A stretch of DNA of 64,000 nt from Bdellovibrionales bacterium (GTDB lineage: Bacteria > Bdellovibrionota > Bdellovibrionia > Bdellovibrionales > UBA1609), in the NCBI GenBank assembly GCA_027317865.1, contig DAHVQG010000010.1, forward strand, positions 32,001 to 96,000, given 5' to 3'. Position numbers and translations under genes: made by a program. The stretch's first letter is position 1; each line of letters starts with the position of its first letter. The notes beneath the pieces were generated by a model. The model had not been told where the DNA came from, searched no databases, and saw nothing but the letters and a program-made list of their open reading frames with translations. This document shows positions 10,297 to 19,638 of this stretch, in pieces.

Positions 10297-10818
10297 TTAA
10301 ATGTCGCCGCAATTGGCGTCTAAACAAATTCCGTATCCGACCATGACCCAAGCCGGTGATACACCTATTTTTCTATATCGGTCTTGAATGGGTTTTTTAT
10401 AAATTGTGTCGTTATGAAGTGTGACTGGGTCTTGTGAGCCCGACGTTGGGACAGAAGCAATTGACCTAAAAGCGCCAAAAAGAATGGGCCGTGCTGTCGC
10501 GTAAGTATGTTTTATTGACGTGTTTTCGCCTGAAACCGCGTGAAATCGCGAGCCCCAGGTGTAAGCGTACGGAGTCGTGCCAGGGTCTGTCGTATCACGA
10601 AAAATTGTGAGATCGGCGCGATTTCGAAAGGTTTCAAAAGCGTACGTGCGCGCCGCCATCGAGTTCATAATGGCTGTTTGAATGACGCCGAAAAACCCGA
10701 GGCCAAAGCCAAGTAGAACAATAAAAATCATAAGCAGTGGAACAGTCTCGATCATAGCCGAGCCTCTTTCGTCTCGGAGGCGGCTGCTTTTGGTTTTTAC
10801 GTGAAAGTTAGCAACCAT
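10297..10818 (-). CDS. TadE-like pseudopilin
   Basis: ERG|SAMIE prepilin motif, hydrophobic helix, AAR. Confidence 0.75.
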   Translation of the reverse strand: MVANFHVKTKSSRLRDERGSAMIETVPLLMIFIVLLGFGLGFFGVIQTAIMNSMAARTYAFETFRNRADLTIFRDTTDPGTTPYAYTWGSRFHAVSGENTSIKHTYATARPILFGAFRSIASVPTSGSQDPVTLHNDTIYKKPIQDRYRKIGVSPAWVMVGYGICLDANCGDI

Positions 10819-11482
10819 TGTCTAACTCCACTAAAACTTTAGTTGTGCTGGCGTTTGCGCCCGCAGGCAGATGGTAGCCGAGCTTTTGAATATTAGCCCA
10901 GCGGTCCTCCCAATATTGTCGACATTCTTGAAACGATGGTTCGCGCCCAAGAAATGAATTAATATTAACTTGAAATGTTTGCTTTGCCCCCGAAGTGCCG
11001 CTTTTTACTGTTGAACCAAAAAACGGAACGTGAAAATCAAGAAGGTTTGCTTGAAATGGAATAATGACGCCCTCAAATGTCCCGTAGGGGCCTTGTTCGC
11101 CGCCGCCATATCGTTCAAATTTTGAGCAAATGGGTAGATTGTTTGAATTCGGACCGCCGCAAATCACTGGCGCACTCGCGGTAAACCATCCATTCGCTAA
11201 CAGTGGCGCTATAAATTGATTATTTAACACGGTACTAATGGCCGATTGAGCGGCATTTGCTTGGTCGCCGAAGTTATCATTGCCGGCAAAAAAGCGTCGC
11301 GCACCCGCAAAAGCCGCGTATTGTACCACTTCAACCGTTGCTAGGGTTGTCGAGAAGGCCATGACCACGGCGGCAAACCCTAAGACAAGTATAAGGGCGA
11401 ATAAATAATCAATTGTAAGTGAGCCGCGCTCAGAGGCGAGATGAGAAAGTTTTAGACTGCGGTTGGCTTGAGGTGTTTTCAT
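10808..11482 (-). CDS. TadE/TadF-like pseudopilin
   Basis: ERG|SLTIDY prepilin-like motif, hydrophobic helix, AAFAGAR. Confidence 0.7.
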   Translation of the reverse strand: MKTPQANRSLKLSHLASERGSLTIDYLFALILVLGFAAVVMAFSTTLATVEVVQYAAFAGARRFFAGNDNFGDQANAAQSAISTVLNNQFIAPLLANGWFTASAPVICGGPNSNNLPICSKFERYGGGEQGPYGTFEGVIIPFQANLLDFHVPFFGSTVKSGTSGAKQTFQVNINSFLGREPSFQECRQYWEDRWANIQKLGYHLPAGANASTTKVLVELDNGC

Positions 11483-11772
11483 TAGTTTATGGGGTAACCC
11501 GTTATTTTTGGTGAACTGACGCGGCTCCAACTTTCGGGGTGTTCACTTGCCATTTGCATGACGGTTTGGCCCGGCGCTAAGGGCACACCATTTTGAATAA
11601 TCGATGCGAGATCATTCCACGGGCCGCTAACCAGATCGGCGAGCCATTGGTTTTTACGGGCCGCCGTTGACACGGCAAGAATAATCCCGACCGTCACGAC
11701 AAGCATAAGCACAATTTCAACGGTAATTTGCCCGGCTTCGGGATCTAATTCTTGAAGGCGATTTTGTTTCAA
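11482..11772 (-). CDS. Minor Flp-like pilin
   Basis: AG|QITVE motif followed by a hydrophobic helix. Confidence 0.7.
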   Translation of the reverse strand: MKQNRLQELDPEAGQITVEIVLMLVVTVGIILAVSTAARKNQWLADLVSGPWNDLASIIQNGVPLAPGQTVMQMASEHPESWSRVSSPKITGYPIN

Positions 11773-12278
11773 AAAAAGCCTCCTTGGCTAAAGCCGATAA
11801 CCAGATAAGTGACCCAACCCAAAACGAGCGCCACAGTGTAAGGCACTTTTTGAAACTCCGTGGAGTCACGAGTTTTGCCCGTTAGAATCCCAAGAGTATT
11901 ACCGAACAACCGCTTGGTTTGGCCCTTCATAATGGCGCTCGCAATGCCGATGACCGCCCCCCAAAGAATCGAAAAAACCAAAACTGAAAAAATCTCTTGA
12001 AATGTACTGGCGAGCGCAAAAGCAAAAAGAATTTTCATGTCGCCGGAGCCAAGCGCGCCGATTAGTACCAGTGGAATCATAACAATAAGTACGACAAGGC
12101 TTGCAACGGCCCCTTCTTGCAGTCCTGTCCAGCCAAAAAAATAAAACGTATTGCACACTGCCAGCACGATCGAAATCATGACCCAACTATTTAAGATTTT
12201 ATGAGAGCGAAGATCGGTCACAAGAGCCCCAAGCAGGATAACAGAAGGTATAACAGTGGCTAAAATGGAGCGGCTCAT
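11769..12278 (-). CDS. cpaA: Prepilin peptidase CpaA/TadV (A24 family)
   Basis: TDLRSHKI, LGSGDMK and VPY motifs; multiple TMs. Confidence 0.88.
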   Translation of the reverse strand: MSRSILATVIPSVILLGALVTDLRSHKILNSWVMISIVLAVCNTFYFFGWTGLQEGAVASLVVLIVMIPLVLIGALGSGDMKILFAFALASTFQEIFSVLVFSILWGAVIGIASAIMKGQTKRLFGNTLGILTGKTRDSTEFQKVPYTVALVLGWVTYLVIGFSQGGFF

Positions 12279-12541
12279 TGTGCCCCCTGAGGATTGTGCC
12301 AAGTAAACATTGGGGCGCCCTGCGCACACCAAATAAACGCGCAGCCGCTACCATCAGCCTTGTTTTCTCCAATTGAAATTTCTTCTTCTATTTTTGCGCC
12401 GAGGTGCGGGCCCGATTTTTCAAATGCCTGGATTGGGCCGTGCCGCAAAAACACAGCCAGCAAAATGAATGCGTAGAGCGCTAAAATCAAAACATATTCT
12501 GTTGTCATCGTTCACCTCGAGTCGCCTTGAGGAGCAATCAA
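12275..12541 (-). pseudogene. Flp-like minor pilin with an in-frame TGA at the prepilin Gly(-1) position; may instead be expressed leaderless from ATG 12508
   Basis: RBS GGAGGAG, then TTG 12541: MIAPQGDSR*TMTTEYVLILALY. Confidence 0.55.
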
Positions 12542-12607
12542 AATTACAGACTCCTCCGGCGTGCTTTAATTTCTCGAGGGAGAATTATGAAAAATCACAC
12601 AGCAAAG

Positions 12608-12799
12608 TTAGTTATGAGACGAGATGGTGCCGATATTCGAGCTTAAGCTTTTCAGTTTAGTTGAAATAATTTGACGGATCTGAGTATGGAAAATCATAAC
12701 CAGTCCCACAATAATCACAAGTAGCAAAATGTACTCAGTCGCGCCTTGGCCCGATTCGTCTTCGATGAGATAATTTAAGATTGCCTTAAGATTTTTCAT
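12608..12799 (-). CDS. flp: Flp/Fap type IVb major pilin
   Basis: 63 aa with the DESG|QGATEY Flp motif and a hydrophobic helix. Confidence 0.92.
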   Translation of the reverse strand: MKNLKAILNYLIEDESGQGATEYILLLVIIVGLVMIFHTQIRQIISTKLKSLSSNIGTISSHN

Positions 12800-12818
12800 A
12801 TTTTTCCCCCTCTAAAAT

Positions 12819-12826
12819 TTATCGGC
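12819..12826 (-). promoter_or_regulatory. Sigma28 (FliA)-type -10 element upstream of flp
   Basis: Exact GCCGATAA about 20 nt upstream of the flp start; the -35 element is not canonical at standard spacing. Confidence 0.45.
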
Positions 12827-13098
12827 ATTCAACAAAAATAATAAAGCTTTGGCCGCACTATGGGCCAGGGCCTGGCTTTGCCAAAACCCGCCAGCAGCGC
12901 CAAAGCGTACGTGAAGAAACGGGAGAATTTATATTCATTATCGTCATTGTTTAGAAGTTACGCAAATTTCGTCTAAATTTTGTTTCAAAATGAGACACAA
13001 CGGGGGGCATCGCCTTCGAGCTTCAAGTGACCAGGCGTGGTGTCGTTAGATTTTATGGCGCATCATTTTTTTCCAGACCCCTTCCGAAAAGAGATCTG

Positions 13099-13941
13099 AT
13101 GAAAACGACCTCAAGAAGCGAGCCAGTGGTTGCGGTCGCAATCAATACATATGGCCAGGCCACGACCGAATATATTTTAGTTCTCGTAGTAGTTGTGGGT
13201 ATTATTTTGGGCGCGCTTTGGCAGTTTAATAAAGCATTTGCAGCTTGGGCAGAAGCCTATTTTGGGCCAGGCGGCTACATCGCGTGTTTACTTGATACGG
13301 GCACGCTACCGAATTTCGGCGCTTTAAATAGCGGGCAGTGCTCGCTCAGTCAATTTTCACCGTCGAACGGCAATTCTCTCGCGAACAGTACAAATGGCGG
13401 CGCAGGTAACGGCGGTAAGAGCGGCTCCAATTCATCTACCGCTTCTTCTGCGTCCTCGTCAGCACCTGGTGGCAATGGCAATCTCACGATGTTGCCGGGT
13501 TTTGGTGGTGGCGCGTTCGGCACGGGCGCGACGACTTTTCGGGCCAATTCAGGGAAAAATTCCAAAGGTAAAGGTTCAGGCGGCCAGAATCAATTGGGCG
13601 GCGATTCAATTTCTAATCTTCAAGGCTATCAAGGCGTAACCGTCATTCGCATACCGCTTGATGAGCAAGGTTACTATTCGTATGGCTGGGGCGGCGGAGA
13701 AAATCAAAAAAAGACAAAAATTCCAGTGAGTTCAAAACAGATAAAAAAGGGTGAAAATGCAAGCTCAGCGAGTCCGCTAATTAAGGCGAATCGAACAGTT
13801 GCTTCGGTAAAAAAGAAGTCTCATGGGAGCGGGTTTAACTTTGGGTACCTGCTACGGTATTTCATTATCGCAATTATTATTATAGCCATTGTCATTTTTA
13901 TCGGCGGGCAAATCCTACAAGTTTCAAAATCGATGGAATAA
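13099..13941 (+). CDS. Pilin-like protein with Flp-type N-terminus, G/S/N-rich linker and C-terminal TM
   Basis: YG|QATTEYILVL motif, Cys pair, low-complexity middle, C-terminal YFIIAIIIIAIVIFIGG. Confidence 0.7.
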   Translation: MKTTSRSEPVVAVAINTYGQATTEYILVLVVVVGIILGALWQFNKAFAAWAEAYFGPGGYIACLLDTGTLPNFGALNSGQCSLSQFSPSNGNSLANSTNGGAGNGGKSGSNSSTASSASSSAPGGNGNLTMLPGFGGGAFGTGATTFRANSGKNSKGKGSGGQNQLGGDSISNLQGYQGVTVIRIPLDEQGYYSYGWGGGENQKKTKIPVSSKQIKKGENASSASPLIKANRTVASVKKKSHGSGFNFGYLLRYFIIAIIIIAIVIFIGGQILQVSKSME

Positions 13942-14034
13942 TTTTTAAAAAGAGCATTATTTGTTGAACCATGGGCAAAAACCTGTTTTTTTGCACTTGA
14001 ATCTTCGGGCATTTTAGAGGGAACGGTAAGAAAT

Positions 14035-14421
14035 TTGGGGGGCGCTTTGCTAAACCGCGATGTTTTCAGGGTTTCACGTCAGGGTCCGTTTGAACTGGAC
14101 GAAGCAACAGAACTGGTGCGGTTACTCAATCAAATTACCCATAAATACAGTGAAAAGGTTAACGAGCTTGTCGAACAACTCGAAAGCTTGCCGTCGCACG
14201 AGAGGCAAAACGTAGTCGAGATAGAAAATACGATCGGTCAGCTCATCAACGAGTGGAATGGTAAGGTTCGACGACTCGGGGCGATTCCCAAAGGCTTATG
14301 GTTAGTAGACATCGATAACGGCCAAGGGTATTACTGCTGGAAGTACCCCGAGCCCGGCATTGAATTTTGTCACGATTATAACAGTGGCTATGCAGGGCGG
14401 GTTCCAGTTGAAGAAAAATGA
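14035..14421 (+). CDS. DUF2203-like protein
   Basis: Coiled coil followed by KGLWLVD..YYCWKYPEP..H....GYAGR. Confidence 0.75.
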   Translation: MGGALLNRDVFRVSRQGPFELDEATELVRLLNQITHKYSEKVNELVEQLESLPSHERQNVVEIENTIGQLINEWNGKVRRLGAIPKGLWLVDIDNGQGYYCWKYPEPGIEFCHDYNSGYAGRVPVEEK

Positions 14422-16049
14422 AAATCGCTCTTGCGCAAATCAATTCACGACTCGGCCACTTTGACGGCAATGCCGCTAAAATCATTGCATTTAGCCATAG
14501 GGCCCAGGCAATGGGGGCCGATATTGTCGTCTTCCCCGAAGCGTCGCTTTTTGGCTACCACCCCATGGATATGCTCGAGAGGCCTTCGGTTATCAATAAA
14601 GAGCTGAAGGCACTGAATCAGATTTGCCGAAAACTCCCGCGCGACATATTGGTTCTTTTTGGTGCCTTTACGTTGAACAAAAAACCCAACGGTAAACCGT
14701 ATTTTAACTCAGCCGTTTCCGTTCATGCCGGCCGAGTGAAGTTTTTTAATAAAACGCTACTGCCAACCTATGACGTCTTTGATGATGCCCGGCACATTGA
14801 GCCGGGCGATATGACAAAAAACATTATTCGTTTTAGAGGTAAGAAAATTCTCATTACCGTCTGCGAAGATATTTGGGCCTGGCCGGTAGAGGGTCAAAAA
14901 AGACCATCTTTTTATGATGAAAACCCGCTTCGCCGCATTCGGCCCGGCAGCGTTGATCTCGTTTTAAACTTAAGCGCTTCGCCATTTTTTCAAAACAAGT
15001 GGCAACATCGGCTTGAAGTGACGCGCCAAACAGTACGCTATTTCAAAGCGCCGATCGTCTATGTGAATTTGGTTGGAGCGCAAGACGAGTTGATTTTTGA
15101 TGGCGGCAGCTTTGCGCTAAACAAAAAAGGTGAAATCATAGCTCATAGCCCGCATTTTAGCGAAGATCTACGGGTTGTTGACGTATTAGAGGCGAAAAGG
15201 AAATTGCGCACAAAAATCAGTGCGCGCCCGCAAGGGCTAGAAAGTCTCAGGCAGGCACTCGTCTTAGGAGTACATGATTTCGTAGAGAAAATTAATTTAA
15301 AGCGCGTGCATATTGGCCTAAGTGGCGGCGTTGATTCGGCCGTTGTTGCGTGTCTGGCTGTCGACGCGCTCGGCGCTCAAAATGTTACAGCAATAGCCAT
15401 GCCCGGCCCCTTTAGCGCCGGCGAAAGCCTAACGCTTGCCGAACAACTTGCGCGAAACCTGGGCTTGGAATTCAAAGTCATCAGTATGACGAAAGAATAC
15501 GAGATCATCGAAAACCTCGTAAAAGAGGAATTATCGCTTCAAACTTTCGGGGTCGTTCATGAAAACATACAGGCTAGAATCCGGGCGATGATATTAATGG
15601 CCTACGCCAACATGAATAGCTCACTTCTTCTCAATACGACGAACAAAACGGAAATGGCCTGCGGTTATGGGACTCTTTACGGGGATCTTTCGGGCGGCCT
15701 TTCAGTGATCGGCGATCTTTTAAAACGCGACGTTTACGCTTTAGCGCGGCACTATAACCGCGAGCGAGAAATCATTCCAAACGGGATTATTACACGGGCG
15801 CCTTCGGCGGAGCTTCGACCGCACCAAACCGATCAAGACACTCTGCCGCCATATGAGAAGCTCGACACGAGCGTAGTTCGACTAGTTGAAAAATCGCTCG
15901 ATGCCCGTTCCGAAACCGATCGATTTCTGCTTTCAGCGCTTTTGAAAAATGAATTCAAAAGATGGCAATCGCCGCCGATTTTAAAAGTGCGGGCCCATTC
16001 ATTTGGTCAGGGCCGGCGTATGCCGATTGCAAACGCGGCAGTTTATTGA
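14418..16049 (+). CDS. nadE: Glutamine-dependent NAD+ synthetase
   Basis: Nitrilase domain (FPE, K, CED) plus GLSGGVDSA, ENIQARIR and PSAELR. Confidence 0.96.
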   Translation: MKIALAQINSRLGHFDGNAAKIIAFSHRAQAMGADIVVFPEASLFGYHPMDMLERPSVINKELKALNQICRKLPRDILVLFGAFTLNKKPNGKPYFNSAVSVHAGRVKFFNKTLLPTYDVFDDARHIEPGDMTKNIIRFRGKKILITVCEDIWAWPVEGQKRPSFYDENPLRRIRPGSVDLVLNLSASPFFQNKWQHRLEVTRQTVRYFKAPIVYVNLVGAQDELIFDGGSFALNKKGEIIAHSPHFSEDLRVVDVLEAKRKLRTKISARPQGLESLRQALVLGVHDFVEKINLKRVHIGLSGGVDSAVVACLAVDALGAQNVTAIAMPGPFSAGESLTLAEQLARNLGLEFKVISMTKEYEIIENLVKEELSLQTFGVVHENIQARIRAMILMAYANMNSSLLLNTTNKTEMACGYGTLYGDLSGGLSVIGDLLKRDVYALARHYNREREIIPNGIITRAPSAELRPHQTDQDTLPPYEKLDTSVVRLVEKSLDARSETDRFLLSALLKNEFKRWQSPPILKVRAHSFGQGRRMPIANAAVY

Positions 16050-16681
16050 TGAGACGCGACGTCGGGCTTATTGCCCTTGTTTCGGTTTTTATCTCCGCCC
16101 TTATAACCTCAACTTTAATCGGATCTAAGCTTTTTTCTTTAGGCCCGCTGACGCTCTCGGCCGGGATCATTGTATTTCCATTTACGTTTTTAAGTCTTGA
16201 TGTCATCGCCGATTGTTACGGCCGCGCGATGGCCAACGCGACCATTAAAGTGAGTATCGTGATTCAACTATTTGTGCTTTTTTTTGTTTGGCTGGGGGGC
16301 TGGCTCCCGACTTCGCCGCTCAGGCAAATGGGGGGCGCTTATCAAAAAATGTTTTCTCTTGCCCCAAGGATGGTTTTAGCCTCGATCACCGCATTTTTTA
16401 TATCGCAGCTGTTCGACGTTACCGTTTTTCTGTCGGTTAAAGAAAAGACAAACGGTAAACGTCTTTGGCTTCGCACTAACGTTGCTACATTTATTTCGCA
16501 AGCGATCGATACTACGGTTTTTTCAATTGTGTTTCTCGGCGGGGTGATCCCTGCTTACGAGATTTTAAAGGCCGGCGTTACGGTTTATTGCGCGAAAGTT
16601 TTTTTGGGGTTAATTAATACGCCCTTTGTTTATCTCGGGCGATATTTGATTTTCAAGCGAAACGGCCAAAAATCATGTTAA
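16049..16681 (+). CDS. Queuosine precursor transporter (VUT/YhhQ family)
   Basis: FPFTFLSLDVIADCYG, ASITAFFISQLFD and WLRTNVATFISQAIDT; translationally coupled to nadE. Confidence 0.88.
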   Translation: MRRDVGLIALVSVFISALITSTLIGSKLFSLGPLTLSAGIIVFPFTFLSLDVIADCYGRAMANATIKVSIVIQLFVLFFVWLGGWLPTSPLRQMGGAYQKMFSLAPRMVLASITAFFISQLFDVTVFLSVKEKTNGKRLWLRTNVATFISQAIDTTVFSIVFLGGVIPAYEILKAGVTVYCAKVFLGLINTPFVYLGRYLIFKRNGQKSC

Positions 16682-17391
16682 CGGTTGAAAGCATTAAAAC
16701 GCGAATATTCAAAACGGGCGATGTGATCTTGCCATTTTTGATTGATGCTTTGAAAGTTTGCCCGCCAAAAGAAAACGATATTGTTTGCGTCACCTCAAAA
16801 ATAGTATCTTTGTCAGAAAATTGCGTAGTCAAAAAGCAGGGCATAGAGAAAAAAGATTTAGTGAAACAAGAAGCCGATCACTATCTTGCCGACGGGCCTT
16901 ACGGAGTTTCTCTTACAATTAAACAGGGGCTTATGATTCCATCGGCGGGGATCGATGAGTCAAACGCGGGCGGCGATTATTTTATTTTGTACCCGCTTGA
17001 TCCGTTTAAAAGTGCTAATGAAATTTGGAGCGGTTTAAAAAGTCATTTTCAACTAGCTCACGTCGGGGTCATTATTACGGACTCACATACGCAACCGCTG
17101 CGATTAGGCGTAACTGGTGTGGCACTTTCGTATTGGGGCTTTCAGGGGGTTAAAAATTACGTGGGGCGCGCCGATTTATTTGGCCGAAAACTCAAGTATA
17201 CGACCATTCATGCCGCTGATGCATTAGCCTGCGCCGCAGTTTTTGAAATGGGCGAATCGGACGAATCTAGACCGCTCGCAATTATTCGCGGTGCCGGCGT
17301 TCACTTTCAAGACAAAATCGATAGATCAGAAGGCATGATTGCGCCTAAAGATGACCTTTATTTTTCGCTCTATCAATCAAAGATCAAATAG
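16675..17391 (+). CDS. CofE-like gamma-glutamyl ligase (F420-0:L-glutamate ligase family)
   Basis: VTSKIVSLSE, SAGIDESN, IITDS, DLFGR and MGESDE motifs. Confidence 0.85.
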   Translation: MLTVESIKTRIFKTGDVILPFLIDALKVCPPKENDIVCVTSKIVSLSENCVVKKQGIEKKDLVKQEADHYLADGPYGVSLTIKQGLMIPSAGIDESNAGGDYFILYPLDPFKSANEIWSGLKSHFQLAHVGVIITDSHTQPLRLGVTGVALSYWGFQGVKNYVGRADLFGRKLKYTTIHAADALACAAVFEMGESDESRPLAIIRGAGVHFQDKIDRSEGMIAPKDDLYFSLYQSKIK

Positions 17392-17991
17392 CCCGAGTTG
17401 TTTCGGCTTTGGAGTAATTTGCGGAAAGCGCAATTCCGTTTTGCCCGAAAGAGTAATGAGATTTTCAATTGGAGGCAGTAATAAGCCGCCGGTCATTTTT
17501 TCGATGAGTCGAATAAATAACATTCCACAATACGAAGCATCTTCTTCGGCACGGTGAAAGTTCGAAGCTGGAATTTGCAAATGTTGTACAAGAGTGCCCA
17601 GTTTATAATTAGGTAAGCCAGGTATGATTTTGCGAGCCATATTGCATGAATCCAGAACGACCCCTTTGGGCGCGGGCGTCTCTAGCCGAACTACGTCTGA
17701 GACTAGAAATTGAAAATCAAAATTAGCATTGTGAGCAACTAAAATGTCGTCGCCACAAAATTCCGCAAAAGCGGGAAGTAATTTCTCAATCTTGGGTTGT
17801 CCCCGTACCATGTCCTGTCGAATTCCATGAACGGCCGACGATGCTTCCGGAATTTCTATGCCCGGGTCAACAAGGGTGCAAAATTTGGCCTCAGCCACGC
17901 CGTCAACATAGCGGATGGCGCCGATTTCAACGATGCGGTCGACACCGGCAATAAACCCTGTTGTTTCTAAATCAAAACTGATAAATCTCAT
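17377..17991 (-). CDS. DEDDh 3'-5' exonuclease (DNA Pol III epsilon-like)
   Basis: FDLETTG, VAHNANFD and HRAEEDA. Confidence 0.92.
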   Translation of the reverse strand: MRFISFDLETTGFIAGVDRIVEIGAIRYVDGVAEAKFCTLVDPGIEIPEASSAVHGIRQDMVRGQPKIEKLLPAFAEFCGDDILVAHNANFDFQFLVSDVVRLETPAPKGVVLDSCNMARKIIPGLPNYKLGTLVQHLQIPASNFHRAEEDASYCGMLFIRLIEKMTGGLLLPPIENLITLSGKTELRFPQITPKPKQLGLFDL

Positions 17992-18045
17992 GAAGATTTG
18001 ACGCTAAGACTGAACAATACGTTTTTCAAACATTTTGTGAGGCTA

Positions 18046-18381
18046 ATGGGTAGCGTATATTTCTTGCCTGCCGAAATCGAGTGCACCATAAAAAATGAAC
18101 AGTCCATTTTGGAGCTGGCACTTAAAAATAAAATTCCTCTTGACCACTCCTGCGGAGGGTCGGGCAGCTGCAGCACGTGCCGCGTATTTTTGAGTTGGCG
18201 CACCGATGTGGCAAATTCGTCCAAAGTTGCAGTAGATCCCTTGGTAGAATCGGCGCAGGTATATCCGCCTCGCGGTGATGCCGAGCAAGCGATGGCCGAT
18301 GATCGAAATTTTGCTCCGCACGAACGGCTCTCCTGTCAAATTGAACCGCTTGACGGAATGATTATCACCGTACCGGATTAA
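18046..18381 (+). CDS. 2Fe-2S ferredoxin
   Basis: CGGSGSCSTC...RLSCQ. Confidence 0.9.
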   Translation: MGSVYFLPAEIECTIKNEQSILELALKNKIPLDHSCGGSGSCSTCRVFLSWRTDVANSSKVAVDPLVESAQVYPPRGDAEQAMADDRNFAPHERLSCQIEPLDGMIITVPD

Positions 18382-19619
18382 TTTGGGCCAGACGGTTTAT
18401 GCACATAAATAGGATTAGTTAAAATCCAGTTAATCCATTTCGTGCCATCCGGCCACGGCAAAGGTACACGTAGCCGCACAAGCGAGCGATAAACTCCTGC
18501 GGCAACAATCGGAAATTTCGTGTCGATCGCCGTCGATGTCGATATAACCTGGCCGTCTTTATAAATATAAGTTTTAAACGGGACAAGCGGCCGATTCGGT
18601 AAATTCACATGGTAGACAAGATGTGGGATAAGTTTCGTGACTCCGCCAAGCGGTATCACCTTTCGGCGCGGGGCTGAAGCATAAGCCACGAAACCTCGTG
18701 GGTTAGCGAGGATATCAAGGCTAATGTAAAACTGTCCGTTTCTTAGAGCATTTGAGATTTTTCGGTGATCGGCTGCGGCTTGGCCAGTAAGCTCCGAGCG
18801 AATGAGGACGTGATTTTTCACTATTGAAAATAAAGTTTGATAACTTGGAATCGCCAAGTAATGACTTCCCCATAGCCGAATTTTAGCATCCGCATCGGTA
18901 CCGGCAAAGCCGAGCGTGGGCCTTAACGAATTGAGTCGATCCCACAGCGCCATTTCTCGATCATTGCTGGTTTCAGTAAAAAGCCGCAAATAAGACAGAG
19001 TTGTGTTGTAGGGAAAGATACCCAAACTCCAAAAGAATGAGGCCTTTGACTGCAGCCAATCTTGCTGCCAAAGCTCTTTCAAATTGTAGATTTCGATACC
19101 GTCGAGACCTGGCGGATAATTGCCAGTCCAATGATAACCATGCTGAAAGGGATGCGCTAAAACAAAAAGACCAGCCGATCGATCGCGATCGGCTGTTGAA
19201 AGAAGGTCCGCAAACGCCGTTTGAGAACGGCCAGGTCCCTGTAAATGATTGGTCGTTTTCATGTCAAAGTTAAGCAAGACAGAGTCGAGATAGTTATATT
19301 CCCCTCCGACAAACACAAGAACGCGGTCATAGTAGCGATTTTCGTCCATGGGGGGGTGAAAATCATTTAGGTCATTGAGAATCAGAAAATCAAGATGGTC
19401 AGCGGTTGCCGCACGCACAATCGTGGCAAGACTTCCGCTCCCCGTACTGCGGTTTGTATGAACGTCCATCACTCCGGCGTAATCGTAAAATAATTTTTGT
19501 TCTGTCACGCGAAGGGGCGATTCGGGTGCGAAAGCTTCAAATGTCCATTGACTGATAAAAGTACCGTAAGCGACATCGAGAAATACAAGAAATAAAAAGG
19601 CGTATATCAGTCGGCGCAT
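18378..19619 (-). CDS. Membrane-anchored PHP-like metallohydrolase-fold protein
   Basis: GVMDVHT, DFLILND, LAHP, DGIEIYN and GTDAD; N-terminal TM. Confidence 0.65.
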   Translation of the reverse strand: MRRLIYAFLFLVFLDVAYGTFISQWTFEAFAPESPLRVTEQKLFYDYAGVMDVHTNRSTGSGSLATIVRAATADHLDFLILNDLNDFHPPMDENRYYDRVLVFVGGEYNYLDSVLLNFDMKTTNHLQGPGRSQTAFADLLSTADRDRSAGLFVLAHPFQHGYHWTGNYPPGLDGIEIYNLKELWQQDWLQSKASFFWSLGIFPYNTTLSYLRLFTETSNDREMALWDRLNSLRPTLGFAGTDADAKIRLWGSHYLAIPSYQTLFSIVKNHVLIRSELTGQAAADHRKISNALRNGQFYISLDILANPRGFVAYASAPRRKVIPLGGVTKLIPHLVYHVNLPNRPLVPFKTYIYKDGQVISTSTAIDTKFPIVAAGVYRSLVRLRVPLPWPDGTKWINWILTNPIYVHKPSGPN

Positions 19620-19638
19620 GCCACAAATAGCTCGTTGG

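Noticed and set aside
12512-12514. Genome-wide UGA=Gly recoding (genetic code 25)
   Set aside because: Many clear genes here end in TGA (nadE, tadA, ftsE) and no other genes show internal TGA.
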